From Thermoproteota archaeon (lineage in GTDB: Archaea > Thermoproteota > Thermoprotei > Gearchaeales > Gearchaeaceae), in the NCBI GenBank assembly GCA_021324265.1, contig JAJPJK010000004.1:64811-128810 (forward strand): a stretch of 64,000 nucleotides of DNA. The letters are read 5' to 3'. A model generated the notes under the pieces. The model saw only the letters and a list, made by a program, of their open reading frames with translations. It ran no database searches and had not been told where the DNA came from. Each line of letters opens with the position of its first letter. Within the stretch, counting starts at the first letter, position 1. This document shows, piece after piece, positions 38,654 through 49,156 of this stretch. The position numbers and the translations under genes are program-made.

Positions 38654-40012
38654 ATGGGTTTTAAAATAGAAGAAGTATCTCCTAAATTTGAAAGAGTCTC
38701 CTTACATAGTCATATTAGGGGTCTGGGGATTAGAGATGGAAAGGTTCAATTCGCTAGCGATGGCTTTGTAGGCCAGGTTGAAGCAAGGGAGGCAGCATAT
38801 TATGTAACAAAACTCATCAAAGATGGTAGATTTGGAGGAAAAGGCGTTCTCTTAGTAGGGCCTCCTGGTACTGGCAAAACTGCACTCGCAATAGGTATTG
38901 CACGTGAACTCGGTTTCGATACTCCTTTCGTGCATCTTTCAGCTGCCGAAATATTCAGTCTAGAAGTCAAGAAAACTGAATTTTTAACAAGAGCGCTCAG
39001 AAGAGGCGTGGGCGTTAGGATAAGAGAGCTGAGAAAAGTATACGAGGGCGTGGTCAGAAAAATTGATTATAAGTTCGGTAGGCATCCATATAATCCATAT
39101 GCCCAAATACCTGTTGCTGCTACTGTAACTCTCAGAACGAAACAGGAAGAAAAGACACTCAGGGTACCACAGGAGATTGCGCAACAGCTAGCTGATAGCA
39201 ACGTTGAAACTGGCGACGTTATCTGGATCGATGAAGAAACTGGCCGCGTATTCGTTCAAGGTAAGACTGAAGAAGAAGGTGCAGAGGTTTATGACGTCAA
39301 TGTTAGAAAGAAGATAGAAGTACCATCTGGGCCAGTATACAAGGACAAGGAAATAACGAGATATTTCACATGCCATGATTTGGATGTGTTGAATGCAAGA
39401 CAACAAGGGCTATTGAGCATGCTAATGTTCGGTACTGCCGGTGAAGAAAAAGAAATACCATTGGAAGTCAGAAAATCTGTGGATGAATTCATAATGAAAA
39501 CTGTAAATGAAGGAAAAGGTGAGCTCATTCCTGGTGTTATATTCATCGATGATGCTCACATGTTGGATATAGAGACATGGGCATTCCTTACAAGAGCTAT
39601 GGAAAGTGAGTTAAGCCCAATTATGATCCTTGCTACAAATAGAGGATTTACAAAAATCAGAGGAACAGATATCGAATCTCCACATGGAATCCCATTGGAT
39701 ATGTTGGATAGATTGATCATTATAAGAACGAGATTTTATAATGAACAGGAAATAAAAGAGATTATTAAAATAAGGGCAAGAGAGGAAAAAGTAGATTTAA
39801 GTGAGGACGCATTAGAAGAATTGACAAAAGTTGGTTTAGAACATAGTTTGAGATATGCTACACAGCTACTTTCTCCTTCATTAATAAGGGCCAAAGAAAT
39901 GGGGAGAAATAAGGTTGAAAAAGAGGATGTTGAATACATAAAGAAACTCTTCGTCAGCACCAAAGAAAGCGTAGAATACGTTAAAGAACTGGAGAAGTAT
40001 TTTTTGAGATAA
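38654..40012 (+). CDS. TIP49 / RuvB-like AAA+ ATPase (archaeal Rvb1/Rvb2 homolog).
   Basis: N-terminal GQVEAREAAYYVTKLIKDGRFGGKGVLLVGPPGTGKTALAIGIARELG is near-identical in pattern to eukaryotic RuvBL. Inserted OB-like domain II at about residues 120-290. Walker B IFIDDAHMLD. 452 aa. Confidence 0.8.
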   Translation: MGFKIEEVSPKFERVSLHSHIRGLGIRDGKVQFASDGFVGQVEAREAAYYVTKLIKDGRFGGKGVLLVGPPGTGKTALAIGIARELGFDTPFVHLSAAEIFSLEVKKTEFLTRALRRGVGVRIRELRKVYEGVVRKIDYKFGRHPYNPYAQIPVAATVTLRTKQEEKTLRVPQEIAQQLADSNVETGDVIWIDEETGRVFVQGKTEEEGAEVYDVNVRKKIEVPSGPVYKDKEITRYFTCHDLDVLNARQQGLLSMLMFGTAGEEKEIPLEVRKSVDEFIMKTVNEGKGELIPGVIFIDDAHMLDIETWAFLTRAMESELSPIMILATNRGFTKIRGTDIESPHGIPLDMLDRLIIIRTRFYNEQEIKEIIKIRAREEKVDLSEDALEELTKVGLEHSLRYATQLLSPSLIRAKEMGRNKVEKEDVEYIKKLFVSTKESVEYVKELEKYFLR

Positions 40013-40049
40013 TTCTCTATTTTTATTATAATTCCATCGATCTCTATTT

Positions 40050-41507
40050 ATGGGAAGTTACATAATTACTGGACAGGATCTAACACCATTAAAATTATAT
40101 GATTGCATAAAGAGAGGACATAAGATCGAAATCGATGACTATGTAATGAAAAGATTGGAACATAGCAGAAAATTTTTGGAAAGTAAAATTCAGAAAGGAG
40201 AACTAATATATGGCGTAAATACAAATGTGGGAGCGCTTCTGAAGGAGAAAAGGAAAGAAAAAAATGAGATTGAACTTATAAGAGAGCATGCATTAAGCAA
40301 AGAAATGTTCGAGGAAAACGATATAGCAAGGGCCACCTTACTTGTTCTTCTTAATCAGCTTGCCCTAGGTTATAGCACAATTTCCCCAAATACCTATAAT
40401 TTCTTATTGAACTTCTTTAATAGTGGCGAGAAGCTTTTATTTAGTAAAATTGGAAGCCTAGGAGCCAGTGGCGATCTCATACCTTTGGCTAATTTATCAT
40501 TATCGATAATAGAAAGTAGTTCGAAGAGTGGGAATTTTAAGAAAGAGATTGAATTGGAACAAGGCGATGCAATAGCATTGATAAATTCGACAGCTCATAG
40601 TTGTGCATCATTATCTTTCAGTTTGGTCGAATTAATGGAGTTACTTGATATATCTTGCATGAACGTAGCCTTTTCTACAGAAGTTTTGAGAGCGAGAACT
40701 TCACATTTTGAAATAAACGCTCTAAAAGTCAAAAAACATACCGAACAAATCATCGTTGGGAACTATATCTTAAAGTTACTTGAAGGTAGCGAGCTCACTA
40801 ATAAGTCTCCTGAAATCCAAGAAGCATATACGCTCCGATGCGTACCGCAAGTATATGGTGCAATAAAGAGGGTCTTAGATTTTACGAACTCTTGCTTGAT
40901 ACAGGAGATGAACTCTTACAGCGGTAATCCAGTTATTGATTTCGAGAATCAAGAGATTTACTATGGAGGTAATTTCCATGCAGAGTTGCTTTCTTTATGT
41001 GCTGATTTATTGAGATCGGCAATCGCTTCATGGGGGAATATGATAGAAAGAAGGATAAATAGATTGCTAAACCCAAATCTCAACAGAGGCCTCCCACCTT
41101 TTTTGGGTAAAGATGGCAGTATAGGTCTCATGATTTGCCAATATCTAGCAGCATATCATGTTAATGAACTCAGAATCTTAGCGACACCTTCATGTGCAGT
41201 ATCTATTTCAACAAGTGCAGATCAAGAAGATTTTGTAAGCATGGCGGGAAATGCAGTTAATATTTTAAGAGATGCCATAAATCACTTGAAGATTTTACTT
41301 GCAATAGAACTGCTATGTAATATCGAAGCTGCTAAATTCCTTGAATACGAGAAAAAAGGAGGTAAATTGAAAGAAATATATAAGTCGATATTGAGAAAAA
41401 TTTCTCAAGAAAAAGATATAAGAGATAAAATAGAGACAATAAAAAATTCACTTGAAGAAATATGCAAAGAGCTCAGAAGTTCATTTGGCTCTCTTTTTGT
41501 TGAATGA
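40050..41507 (+). CDS. Aromatic amino-acid ammonia-lyase family (histidine ammonia-lyase-like, MIO-dependent).
   Basis: MIO-forming triad in GSLGASGDLIPLA (Ala-Ser-Gly). Overall HAL/PAL-fold length of 485 aa. Conserved YGVNTNVG-type N-terminus. Confidence 0.7.
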   Translation: MGSYIITGQDLTPLKLYDCIKRGHKIEIDDYVMKRLEHSRKFLESKIQKGELIYGVNTNVGALLKEKRKEKNEIELIREHALSKEMFEENDIARATLLVLLNQLALGYSTISPNTYNFLLNFFNSGEKLLFSKIGSLGASGDLIPLANLSLSIIESSSKSGNFKKEIELEQGDAIALINSTAHSCASLSFSLVELMELLDISCMNVAFSTEVLRARTSHFEINALKVKKHTEQIIVGNYILKLLEGSELTNKSPEIQEAYTLRCVPQVYGAIKRVLDFTNSCLIQEMNSYSGNPVIDFENQEIYYGGNFHAELLSLCADLLRSAIASWGNMIERRINRLLNPNLNRGLPPFLGKDGSIGLMICQYLAAYHVNELRILATPSCAVSISTSADQEDFVSMAGNAVNILRDAINHLKILLAIELLCNIEAAKFLEYEKKGGKLKEIYKSILRKISQEKDIRDKIETIKNSLEEICKELRSSFGSLFVE

Positions 41508-42434
41508 TCTGTATAGCAAAATGCCGGCTATTATTAATACAATTGCTATGATGACAAGAGCATATAATAAATAATTTTGACTATTTTCATTGCCTTTAGT
41601 TATACTTATATTAAAGGTAGCCGAGTTCAGGCCTGTAATAATACCAGGCTCTCCAGGATGACCTATGGAAACAACCTGAACGATGATAGAATAATTTCCA
41701 TAATCTGGGAAACTGTAATAAAAGCTCAATACATCTTGATCTATATGTTCATCTGTTGAATTGAATATCAATTTGCCGTTCGAGTCCTTAATCAAAATAT
41801 GATATGTTATATGGTAAACTAAATTCACGTTTTGGGCTGAACCATTGTATACAGCTAAAGTTATGGTCTTCGTGAGTGATGAATTATAATAAGGATAGGC
41901 CTCAAAAAGTAGGCTATATCCTTTACCTATGTCTGCAGTAGAGACTAGTGTATTATCTGGATTTACACCGATGTAGAGAGGGAAATTGATAGACTTGAAT
42001 TGGCTTAGAAGAGGCCCCATGCCAGCCATGCCGATAGATTCTATCTGTACATTAATAGTATACTTACCATTGTTAGGCAAAGTTAAGTTAAGCTGCAATG
42101 GGCCTCCCATAGAATGAATATCTTGATTTGTACCAAAGAGATTGAGAAGGTTGTTATTCGCATCATAGACCTTAACATTATAAGTAACATGCATTACAGG
42201 CGTGCCTTGAGCTTCACTTGCATTATAAACGGCTAGATCCAACATAATCGATTTATTTGTAGGAAGGATAGGAGGAAGATAGTTCTGGATCTTGACGACT
42301 AGATTATATCCATTACCGATATCGAATGTAGCTGAATATACATAACTCACCTCTTCTTCCTGTGCATTAACTACGATAAATGCAAAAGCCAAAGTAAAAA
42401 TTATACTAAAGACTAGGATCGATGCTTTATTCAT
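41481..42434 (-). CDS. Secreted, C-terminally membrane-anchored surface protein with three tandem ~100-aa repeats and N-glycosylation sequons.
   Basis: N-terminal signal peptide and C-terminal TM plus basic tail (LLYRSFNKKRAK). Repeated motifs: GYNLVVKIQNY..., GKYTINVQIESIGMAGMGP, GNYSIIVQVVSIGHPGEPG. Confidence 0.45.
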   Translation of the reverse strand: MNKASILVFSIIFTLAFAFIVVNAQEEEVSYVYSATFDIGNGYNLVVKIQNYLPPILPTNKSIMLDLAVYNASEAQGTPVMHVTYNVKVYDANNNLLNLFGTNQDIHSMGGPLQLNLTLPNNGKYTINVQIESIGMAGMGPLLSQFKSINFPLYIGVNPDNTLVSTADIGKGYSLLFEAYPYYNSSLTKTITLAVYNGSAQNVNLVYHITYHILIKDSNGKLIFNSTDEHIDQDVLSFYYSFPDYGNYSIIVQVVSIGHPGEPGIITGLNSATFNISITKGNENSQNYLLYALVIIAIVLIIAGILLYRSFNKKRAK

Positions 42435-42496
42435 AAACTTCCTTATTGAGTAAAAAATAAAAGGGTTTGTATCTTTAAATATTCAGATATATATAT

Positions 42497-42871
42497 TCAT
42501 ATTCTTTTTAATAAATATTCTTTAAGAGCTACACAATTATTATGAATTTTATCTTTAGCTGAAAATAATAAAGTAACTTTCTGCTTCTCCATAATTATTT
42601 TGACCAATTTTCCAACTACCTCAGGTTTTTTATCCAGTTCCTCAAAGTATCTTTTCTTAAACTCTTCCCACTTCATAGGGTCATGCGAAAACCATTTCCT
42701 CAATTCATTACTAGGGGCTATATCTCTTATCCATAGATCAATCTTGGCTTTTTCTTTCCCCAACCCGCGCGGCCACAGCCTATCTACAAGGATCCTATAT
42801 CCATCTTTTTCATCATAATCATCATAAACCCTCTTCACCTTGAGTTCAATCACAAAATATAGACCATTCAA
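42497..42871 (-). CDS. DUF488 (YeaO-like) family protein.
   Basis: Strong match to the YeaO pattern: KRVYD...[39 protein letters not shown]...Y..EL......L.......VTLLFSAKD...N. Confidence 0.8.
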   Translation of the reverse strand: MNGLYFVIELKVKRVYDDYDEKDGYRILVDRLWPRGLGKEKAKIDLWIRDIAPSNELRKWFSHDPMKWEEFKKRYFEELDKKPEVVGKLVKIIMEKQKVTLLFSAKDKIHNNCVALKEYLLKRI

Positions 42872-42872
42872 C

Positions 42873-44780
42873 CTAAATATTAGATTTCATGAAGCTATCT
42901 AATTTAGTCTTAAGTATTTTCGTGACTTCTGATGCATCAGCTCTTCCCCTAAGTCTGCTCATGACTAACTTCATTGCTTGATCGAAAACCCTTTCCTTAC
43001 TGTTTTTTAATACTTCAAGATTTTCTTCCAAAATCTGGGAAATTGCTCTTTCTATTTCGTTTACACTCATTAATCTCAAATTCAATCTATCTATAAGATG
43101 ATCGAGATCTTGAGAGGGGGTCTTTGACCATTCTGCCAAAATTATCTCTATCGATTCCTTAGCTATCTTCCCATCATTCAATGCCTTGAAAACACTTATA
43201 AAATGATTTTCGGTTAAATTTTCAACGCTTATCCCAGATCTTTTCAAATACTTGAGCGTTTGAGTCAAAGTAGTAGCTGCTATACTGGGTTTCACACCTA
43301 TAGAAACTATTTTTTCAAAGAGCCCTTCGGATTGATTATCTATTAATTCTTGAGCGAGCTGTTGATTCAAGGAATACTTAGTTTGAAGAATAGCAAGCCT
43401 GTCTTCGATTTTTAAAGGCAAATTGCTTCTTATTTTCTCAATGAACTCAGGAGTTATTTTCAATGGAGGTATATCTGTTTCAACATACATCCTAGCAGAA
43501 CCTGGCCTAGATCTTGCAAATCTAGTTGTACCATCTGTAGCGACATTCCTAGTTTCTTCTGGAATCTTTTCAAATGCCATATTAATTCTCTCAATCACAA
43601 TATCTGTTGCTGCAATGCATTCTTCCTTAGGACCCATAAATAAGATGAATGCGTCTTCATCCTCAAGCTTGGCATAATCCATAAGCCTCTTTACTTCTTC
43701 CTCAGTTATACCATATCCTGGCAGCTCATCGCTATGCAATAAACCTTGTAATCTTGTCCAGCTACGGACATAATCAGCGAGCTCACTTGCAAATCTTCGA
43801 TTTGGTTGTAATTCAAAACCCAAAAGGCCTTTCATTTTTTTTAGAGGTAAAAGAATAACGCTATCTCCGCTATCAAGATGTCTTCTTACTAATTTGCTCT
43901 GAGTGTCAGCAAATAAATCAGTTACAATAAAAAAAGTTTTAGAAGGCCTTGGTACGTTTCTCGTATTTAAAATTTCTTTGAGTTCGAGTAGCCTGAGTTG
44001 TCTTTGTATTTCAAGTTCAATGACCTTAGGTATCATGCTTAGCTCTTGAACACCTTTTATCTCTGTCTTTGCACCCCTTGAAATAGAGAGATTGATATCT
44101 TGCCTTATGCTACCCAAGATTCTCCTTGCCTTGCCTGTACTATAAACAAGTGTACCAATCCTGTATGCAATCCTCCTTGCTTGTTCTGGATCCTTAATTT
44201 GCGGTGCGGTTGCTATTTCTATCAAAGGTATACCTTGCCTATCTAACCTGTATACAATCTTTTTTTGATCTTCCTCTATTTTCCTACAAGAATCTTCTTC
44301 AAGCGTAATCGTCTGAATTTCTACTTTATCATTACCATCTACTACAAAGCCTCCAAGAGCAACGATGGCTGTTCTCTGGAAGCCGGTAGTATTGCTACCA
44401 TCAATCACTTCTTTTCTCATAACATGGATCTCATCAACGATTCTAGAATTCATCAAGAGTGCACAAGCAAGTGCTATCTCTACTGCTTCTCTATTTATCA
44501 TATGTGGAGGTTCTTCATCGAGCTCAACAAGGCAGCTTGTATTTGGGGTTATTTGATAAATGTATGTCCTATTTCTTGAGAATTCCATCAATGCTGCAGG
44601 ATCATATTCGCCAAGCTCACTTTTCGTAGGTCTAAGTTTTCTGAAAAAATCTCCTACAACCTTTTCTTCCAGCATGTTCTTACATGAACAGAAGAGTTTA
44701 TGCTCTGTTTCAAGTTGTTGGTGAACCTCAAGACCAACCTTAAGACCTATTTCCTCGTAGTTTATCTTCACATCAACCAA
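42873..44780 (-). CDS. gatE: Glutamyl-tRNA(Gln) amidotransferase subunit E (archaeal GatDE).
   Basis: N-terminal [12 protein letters not shown]...KLFCSC. 635 aa, the size of archaeal GatE with a C-terminal YqeY-like tail. Confidence 0.85.
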   Translation of the reverse strand: MVDVKINYEEIGLKVGLEVHQQLETEHKLFCSCKNMLEEKVVGDFFRKLRPTKSELGEYDPAALMEFSRNRTYIYQITPNTSCLVELDEEPPHMINREAVEIALACALLMNSRIVDEIHVMRKEVIDGSNTTGFQRTAIVALGGFVVDGNDKVEIQTITLEEDSCRKIEEDQKKIVYRLDRQGIPLIEIATAPQIKDPEQARRIAYRIGTLVYSTGKARRILGSIRQDINLSISRGAKTEIKGVQELSMIPKVIELEIQRQLRLLELKEILNTRNVPRPSKTFFIVTDLFADTQSKLVRRHLDSGDSVILLPLKKMKGLLGFELQPNRRFASELADYVRSWTRLQGLLHSDELPGYGITEEEVKRLMDYAKLEDEDAFILFMGPKEECIAATDIVIERINMAFEKIPEETRNVATDGTTRFARSRPGSARMYVETDIPPLKITPEFIEKIRSNLPLKIEDRLAILQTKYSLNQQLAQELIDNQSEGLFEKIVSIGVKPSIAATTLTQTLKYLKRSGISVENLTENHFISVFKALNDGKIAKESIEIILAEWSKTPSQDLDHLIDRLNLRLMSVNEIERAISQILEENLEVLKNSKERVFDQAMKLVMSRLRGRADASEVTKILKTKLDSFMKSNI

Positions 44781-44795
44781 ATAAATTCAATGCTT

Positions 44796-45962
44796 TTAAA
44801 AGCTTACCAAGAATTCCTTTAATGAATTATAGCAGTTTATAAGGTCTTGTATTTCGACATGCTCATCATATACATGAGCTTGACCAAGCTTTCCAGGCCC
44901 ATAAACTAACACAGGAATATTATGTTCTCTGAAATATCTTCCATCAGTTGCTCCCGTTATGAGCATCTCTCTAACTTCTTTTTTTATGTTTTTCTCTATG
45001 ATCGATTTCAATTTTTTAGCATGCTCGTTATATGGAGAGGTGTAATTTGGATTAGAACTCTGAATGATTTCAATTTCGCTATTTTCAACTAAAGATTTGA
45101 CCTTCTCAAAAGCTTCTTTGTAAGTTATACCAAAAGGTATGCGCATATCAACCTCAGCTTCACATTTATCCGCTACTACATTAACTTTTACGCCTCCTTT
45201 TATGGTTCCAATGTTAAAAGAAATTGTTCGCAGTTCTTTAATATATTTACCAAGCTCAAGCTGCATCCTCCTTAGCGTATTGTCCACCAAAATTTCACTA
45301 TCCTTGGGCAAAGAAATTTCCAAGTTAGATATCTTTGATAAATTCATAAGATCTTTAATTAATAGCTCGATTGCATTAACGCCAGCTGAAGGAATACTAC
45401 CATGCGCAGCTCTACCTTTTGACACAAGCCTAACTTGAAGAAGCCCTTTCTCACCAAGTATCAAAGAATCGCTGCCTGAAGGTTCTGAAATAAGTACTAA
45501 ATCTGGCTTATAATCTTGGGCCAAAAACTTAGAACAGTTAAAGCCGCCTGTTTCTTCATCCGAAACTGCTGTGAAAATTAACTTGTAGTCCAATCGATCG
45601 GCAAGTTCTTTTAAAAGCATCATATTAACAGCTACTCCGCTCTTCATGTCGCTTGCGCCTCTGCCATATATGCGGCCATCTATGATCTTTCCACTAAAAG
45701 GATTTATTTTCCAAGATTTGATCTCTCCTGTAGGCACGACATCGAAATGACCGTTTAGTAGTACAGATCTTTTACCCTTACCTACTTCTGCAATTACAGT
45801 TGGCCAACCACTGCTATATTCTTTTATACGAGCTTCGATGCCTTTATCGCTTAACCAATCCTTTATGAAATTCGCAGTATTGACCATACTTTCTTCATCT
45901 ATTTTAGGATTAAGCGATGGAAACTGGATTAGCTTAGAAGTCAATTCAATTAGCTCTTCCAT
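44796..45962 (-). CDS. M20-family metallopeptidase / deacylase (ArgE/DapE-like).
   Basis: Metal-binding motifs LLNGHFDVVPTG and GRGASDMKSG. Dimerisation domain in the middle. 388 aa. Confidence 0.75.
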   Translation of the reverse strand: MEELIELTSKLIQFPSLNPKIDEESMVNTANFIKDWLSDKGIEARIKEYSSGWPTVIAEVGKGKRSVLLNGHFDVVPTGEIKSWKINPFSGKIIDGRIYGRGASDMKSGVAVNMMLLKELADRLDYKLIFTAVSDEETGGFNCSKFLAQDYKPDLVLISEPSGSDSLILGEKGLLQVRLVSKGRAAHGSIPSAGVNAIELLIKDLMNLSKISNLEISLPKDSEILVDNTLRRMQLELGKYIKELRTISFNIGTIKGGVKVNVVADKCEAEVDMRIPFGITYKEAFEKVKSLVENSEIEIIQSSNPNYTSPYNEHAKKLKSIIEKNIKKEVREMLITGATDGRYFREHNIPVLVYGPGKLGQAHVYDEHVEIQDLINCYNSLKEFLVSF

Positions 45963-46011
45963 AAGATAAAGAGATAGATCAGCTTAAATCTTTCAAATTG
46001 TTTACTCGTTT

Positions 46012-46896
46012 ATGGAAAGGTTAAAAGGTTCCATCGTTCCCTTAGTCACACCCTATGAGGAGGATGGTAATTTAGACATCAAAACATTCAAAAAATTAAT
46101 CGAATGGCAAATAAAACAAGGAAGCCATGGAATATCAGTAGCTGGAAGCACTGGTGAAATGACGTTACTGACTAAAGAGGAAAAATTGAAACTTTTTGAA
46201 GTTGCAGTTCAAGAGGTTGGTGGCAAAGTGCCAGTCGTCGCTTCAACTGGCTCATCTATGCTCAATGAGACCATGGATCTCAGCAAAAAAGCAGAGAAAC
46301 TTGGATGTGATGCATTGCTCATAGCGGTTCCCTATTATTCTAGACCTAACCAAGAGGGCATATATGAATATTTCAAGACCATTGCCGAAAACGTCTCTCT
46401 ACCAATAATAATATATAATATTCCTTCAAGATCTGGTACGAATATAGAACCAAAAACATTAAAAAAACTTAAAGATAAATACAAAAACATAGTTGGAGTA
46501 AAGGAAGCGAATACTAATTTTGATCAGGTGAGTAAAGATATTCTAGAATGCGGTGAAGATTTTTTAGTATACTCTGGTATCGAATCGCTTTGCTACCCTC
46601 TTTTAGCTATAGGAGGAGCAGGCTATTTCAGCGCAACTGCAAATTTGCTACCTAATGAACTAGCGAGATTATATGAACTCACTAGGGCGAACATGTGGGA
46701 AGAAGCAAGAAAGCTACATTATAAATTACTTCCCATCAATGAAGTATTATTCATCGATACGAATCCAATACCTTTAAAGACAGCAATGGCGATTTTGGGC
46801 ATGATAAAACCAGTTTTCAGGCCTCCACTCACTATGTTATCTGAAGAAAAGAAGGCTAAATTACTAGAAGTTATGAAACTTTATTTTAAAATATGA
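46012..46896 (+). CDS. DapA/NAL-family class I (Schiff-base) aldolase.
   Basis: N-terminal GSIVPLVTPY, GSTGE motif, and a Schiff-base lysine region (IVGVKEAN). 294 aa. Confidence 0.7.
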   Translation: MERLKGSIVPLVTPYEEDGNLDIKTFKKLIEWQIKQGSHGISVAGSTGEMTLLTKEEKLKLFEVAVQEVGGKVPVVASTGSSMLNETMDLSKKAEKLGCDALLIAVPYYSRPNQEGIYEYFKTIAENVSLPIIIYNIPSRSGTNIEPKTLKKLKDKYKNIVGVKEANTNFDQVSKDILECGEDFLVYSGIESLCYPLLAIGGAGYFSATANLLPNELARLYELTRANMWEEARKLHYKLLPINEVLFIDTNPIPLKTAMAILGMIKPVFRPPLTMLSEEKKAKLLEVMKLYFKI

Positions 46897-47633
46897 AGAT
46901 AGCTAGAATAAAGGTCGGAGATAACATCTACACAGGAAGAATCGAAGGAGATTACTTATTCTCAGATAAAGGTCCAATAGAACTAAGGGATATCAAATGG
47001 TTACCTCCATGTGAACCCACAAAAATCATAGGGCTTGCATTGAATTTCAAAGAACATGCACAAGAACTAAATTTAGAAGTAGGTAAAGAACCTCTAATTT
47101 TCATGAAGCCACCGAGTTCAATGATAGGTCATCTAGAAAACATTATATACCCAAAAGGTGCAAAGTTTGTCCATTATGAAGGAGAATTGGCAGTCGTCAT
47201 AGGCAAAAAGTGTAGGAAAATAAATGAAAGAGAAGCATTGGATTATGTTTTGGGATATACAATAGCTAACGATGTAACTGCAAGGGATTTCGTTACTAAC
47301 TTCTTCCGTCCTCCTATAAAAGCTAAGGGGTTTGATACCTTCCTCCCGCTGGGGCCATATATCGTTACAAGAGATGAAATAGGAGAAGATATAAGGTTGG
47401 ATATCATAACGAAGGTAAACGGGGAAATAAAACAAAGAGGAAACACGGATCAGTTCGTACATTCAATACCAAGAGTAATCACTTTCCTCAGTGAATTCAT
47501 GACGCTTCTTCCTGGAGATTTGATTTTGATGGGGACACCTAGTGGAATCTCGCCTATAAAAGTAGGAGATAAGATTGAAATCTCTATTGAAAAAATAGGA
47601 ACGCTCAGCAATAATGTTGTTGAAGAGAAATAA
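46893..47633 (+). CDS. Fumarylacetoacetate hydrolase (FAH)-family hydratase / decarboxylase-isomerase.
   Basis: FAH-fold metal-binding region YEGELAVVIGKKC...GYTIANDVTARD. 246 aa. 4-nt overlap with the aldolase gene. Confidence 0.7.
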   Translation: MKIARIKVGDNIYTGRIEGDYLFSDKGPIELRDIKWLPPCEPTKIIGLALNFKEHAQELNLEVGKEPLIFMKPPSSMIGHLENIIYPKGAKFVHYEGELAVVIGKKCRKINEREALDYVLGYTIANDVTARDFVTNFFRPPIKAKGFDTFLPLGPYIVTRDEIGEDIRLDIITKVNGEIKQRGNTDQFVHSIPRVITFLSEFMTLLPGDLILMGTPSGISPIKVGDKIEISIEKIGTLSNNVVEEK

Positions 47634-47654
47634 AAAGGGAAGAGTATTTCCTAT

Positions 47655-48173
47655 TTGATGGACATCAGAGAAGAACTTAGAAAGGTAATGCGTGTCTATC
47701 CTCAAGGTGTTACAGTTGTAACAACTAAATTCGAAAATTCGCTCTACGGGTTAACTGTAAGCGCATTCACAAGCATATCGTTAGATCCACCATTAATAAT
47801 GATCTCCATTTCGAAGCTCTCAAGCATGCATAAGATCCTTAGCAACTGCGAATCTTTCACAATTAACTTCCTTGCTGAAGATCAAAAGATTGTCTCAGAT
47901 ATATTTGCAGGTAGGATAAAGGTAAAAGACCGATTTGAGGCAGTCCAATATTTTACTGAAAGAACAGGATGCCCAATAATAAAGGGGGTTAGAGCATTCA
48001 TTGAATGCAAAAAGACAATAGCTTATGATGCTGGTGATCATTCAATAATCTTAGGCGAGGTTATCAATGCAAGGAAACTGAATGATAAAAATCCACTAGT
48101 TTATTACAATCAACAATACACTACTATTGTAAGCCCAGAAAAACTAGAGATCATTGAGGATTGGTGGTTCTAA
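47655..48173 (+). CDS. Flavin reductase (HpaC/NADH:FMN oxidoreductase-like).
   Basis: Flavin-reductase-like domain: VTVVTT....GLTVSAFTSISLDPPLIMISI. 172 aa. Confidence 0.7.
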   Translation: MMDIREELRKVMRVYPQGVTVVTTKFENSLYGLTVSAFTSISLDPPLIMISISKLSSMHKILSNCESFTINFLAEDQKIVSDIFAGRIKVKDRFEAVQYFTERTGCPIIKGVRAFIECKKTIAYDAGDHSIILGEVINARKLNDKNPLVYYNQQYTTIVSPEKLEIIEDWWF

Positions 48174-49156
48174 TGGGTAACATATGAGGGTTTTTCCTGT
48201 AAGAGCGGCTTGTTCAAAGGCTTAAGATTGCCGGTTTTAAAATCTACGACCGGAGAAGATTCTTCAAACCAACTTCTTGGAGCGGGCATACCCCATAGCG
48301 TTTGTCTTTTAGGATCGTTGAATTTCCAAACAATCGGGTCCCAGTCAGGATCTGCGCTCAAATAATCCCCAGTATAAAGTTCTATCCTATTTCCATCAGG
48401 ATCGCGCAGATAAAAGAAAAAAGCATTCGTAATCCCATGCCTTCCTGGACCTCGTTCCATGTTGGATATGTAATTTCTAGAAGCTAGGATATCCGCAGCG
48501 TCAAGGATTGCAAGCCTATCGGGTACACTGAACGCTACATGATGCAATCTAGGACCATAACCGTTGGTTAATGCTATATCATGTGATGTATGCTTCCTCC
48601 TAAGCCAAGCCGCCCAAATCTTAGGCGGAATATCCTCTGTTTCAGTTATCTCAGTCACTACAAAGCCTAGGCTTTTATACCAATCCAAGGCCCTCTCAAC
48701 ATCATGTGTGTGAATGTTGAAATGATCCAATCTTAGTATCTTTGCGCCGCGATATTCATGATATCTTTGTAAGGACCATTCGACTTTTTCCATTTCTGAA
48801 TAAAACTCTATGGGAAAACCTAGCGGATCCTGAACTCTTATGGCTTTTCCCATTCCTAACTCATGACCTTTTTCAACCCAAAAGACCTCAAGACCTCTAT
48901 TTTTCAAGAAGCTTTCTAAAGCAACGAGATCTTCATTACTACGGACTCTATAAGCTATGTGATGGCAACCACCTCTATTGAACTTAGCAAGTACTAAAGA
49001 ATGATGGAAACGCTCCTCATGGCCTCTCAGATATAAGAATTCGCTATCCTCATAGACTAACTTAAATCCAAGAGCATCTACATAGAAGTCATATGCTTTA
49101 TTCAAGTCACTTACTAGGAGCTCGCAATGCCCTGCTCTTATAATATCGAAGTTCAT
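48170..49156 (-). CDS. Type I extradiol ring-cleavage dioxygenase (catechol / 3,4-dihydroxyphenylacetate 2,3-dioxygenase-like, VOC superfamily).
   Basis: Two VOC modules. N-terminal IIRAGHCELLVSDL. C-terminal RLDHFNIHTHD...RLHHVAFSV...DPDGNRIELYTGDY closely parallels XylE-type enzymes. Confidence 0.75.
   Translation of the reverse strand: MNFDIIRAGHCELLVSDLNKAYDFYVDALGFKLVYEDSEFLYLRGHEERFHHSLVLAKFNRGGCHHIAYRVRSNEDLVALESFLKNRGLEVFWVEKGHELGMGKAIRVQDPLGFPIEFYSEMEKVEWSLQRYHEYRGAKILRLDHFNIHTHDVERALDWYKSLGFVVTEITETEDIPPKIWAAWLRRKHTSHDIALTNGYGPRLHHVAFSVPDRLAILDAADILASRNYISNMERGPGRHGITNAFFFYLRDPDGNRIELYTGDYLSADPDWDPIVWKFNDPKRQTLWGMPAPRSWFEESSPVVDFKTGNLKPLNKPLLQEKPSYVTH

Noticed and set aside
42497-44780. 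Expectation of gatD next to gatE.
   Set aside because: The neighbours are a DUF488 protein and an M20 peptidase. gatD is simply not in this window, and gatD/gatE are not universally adjacent, so this is not treated as an anomaly.
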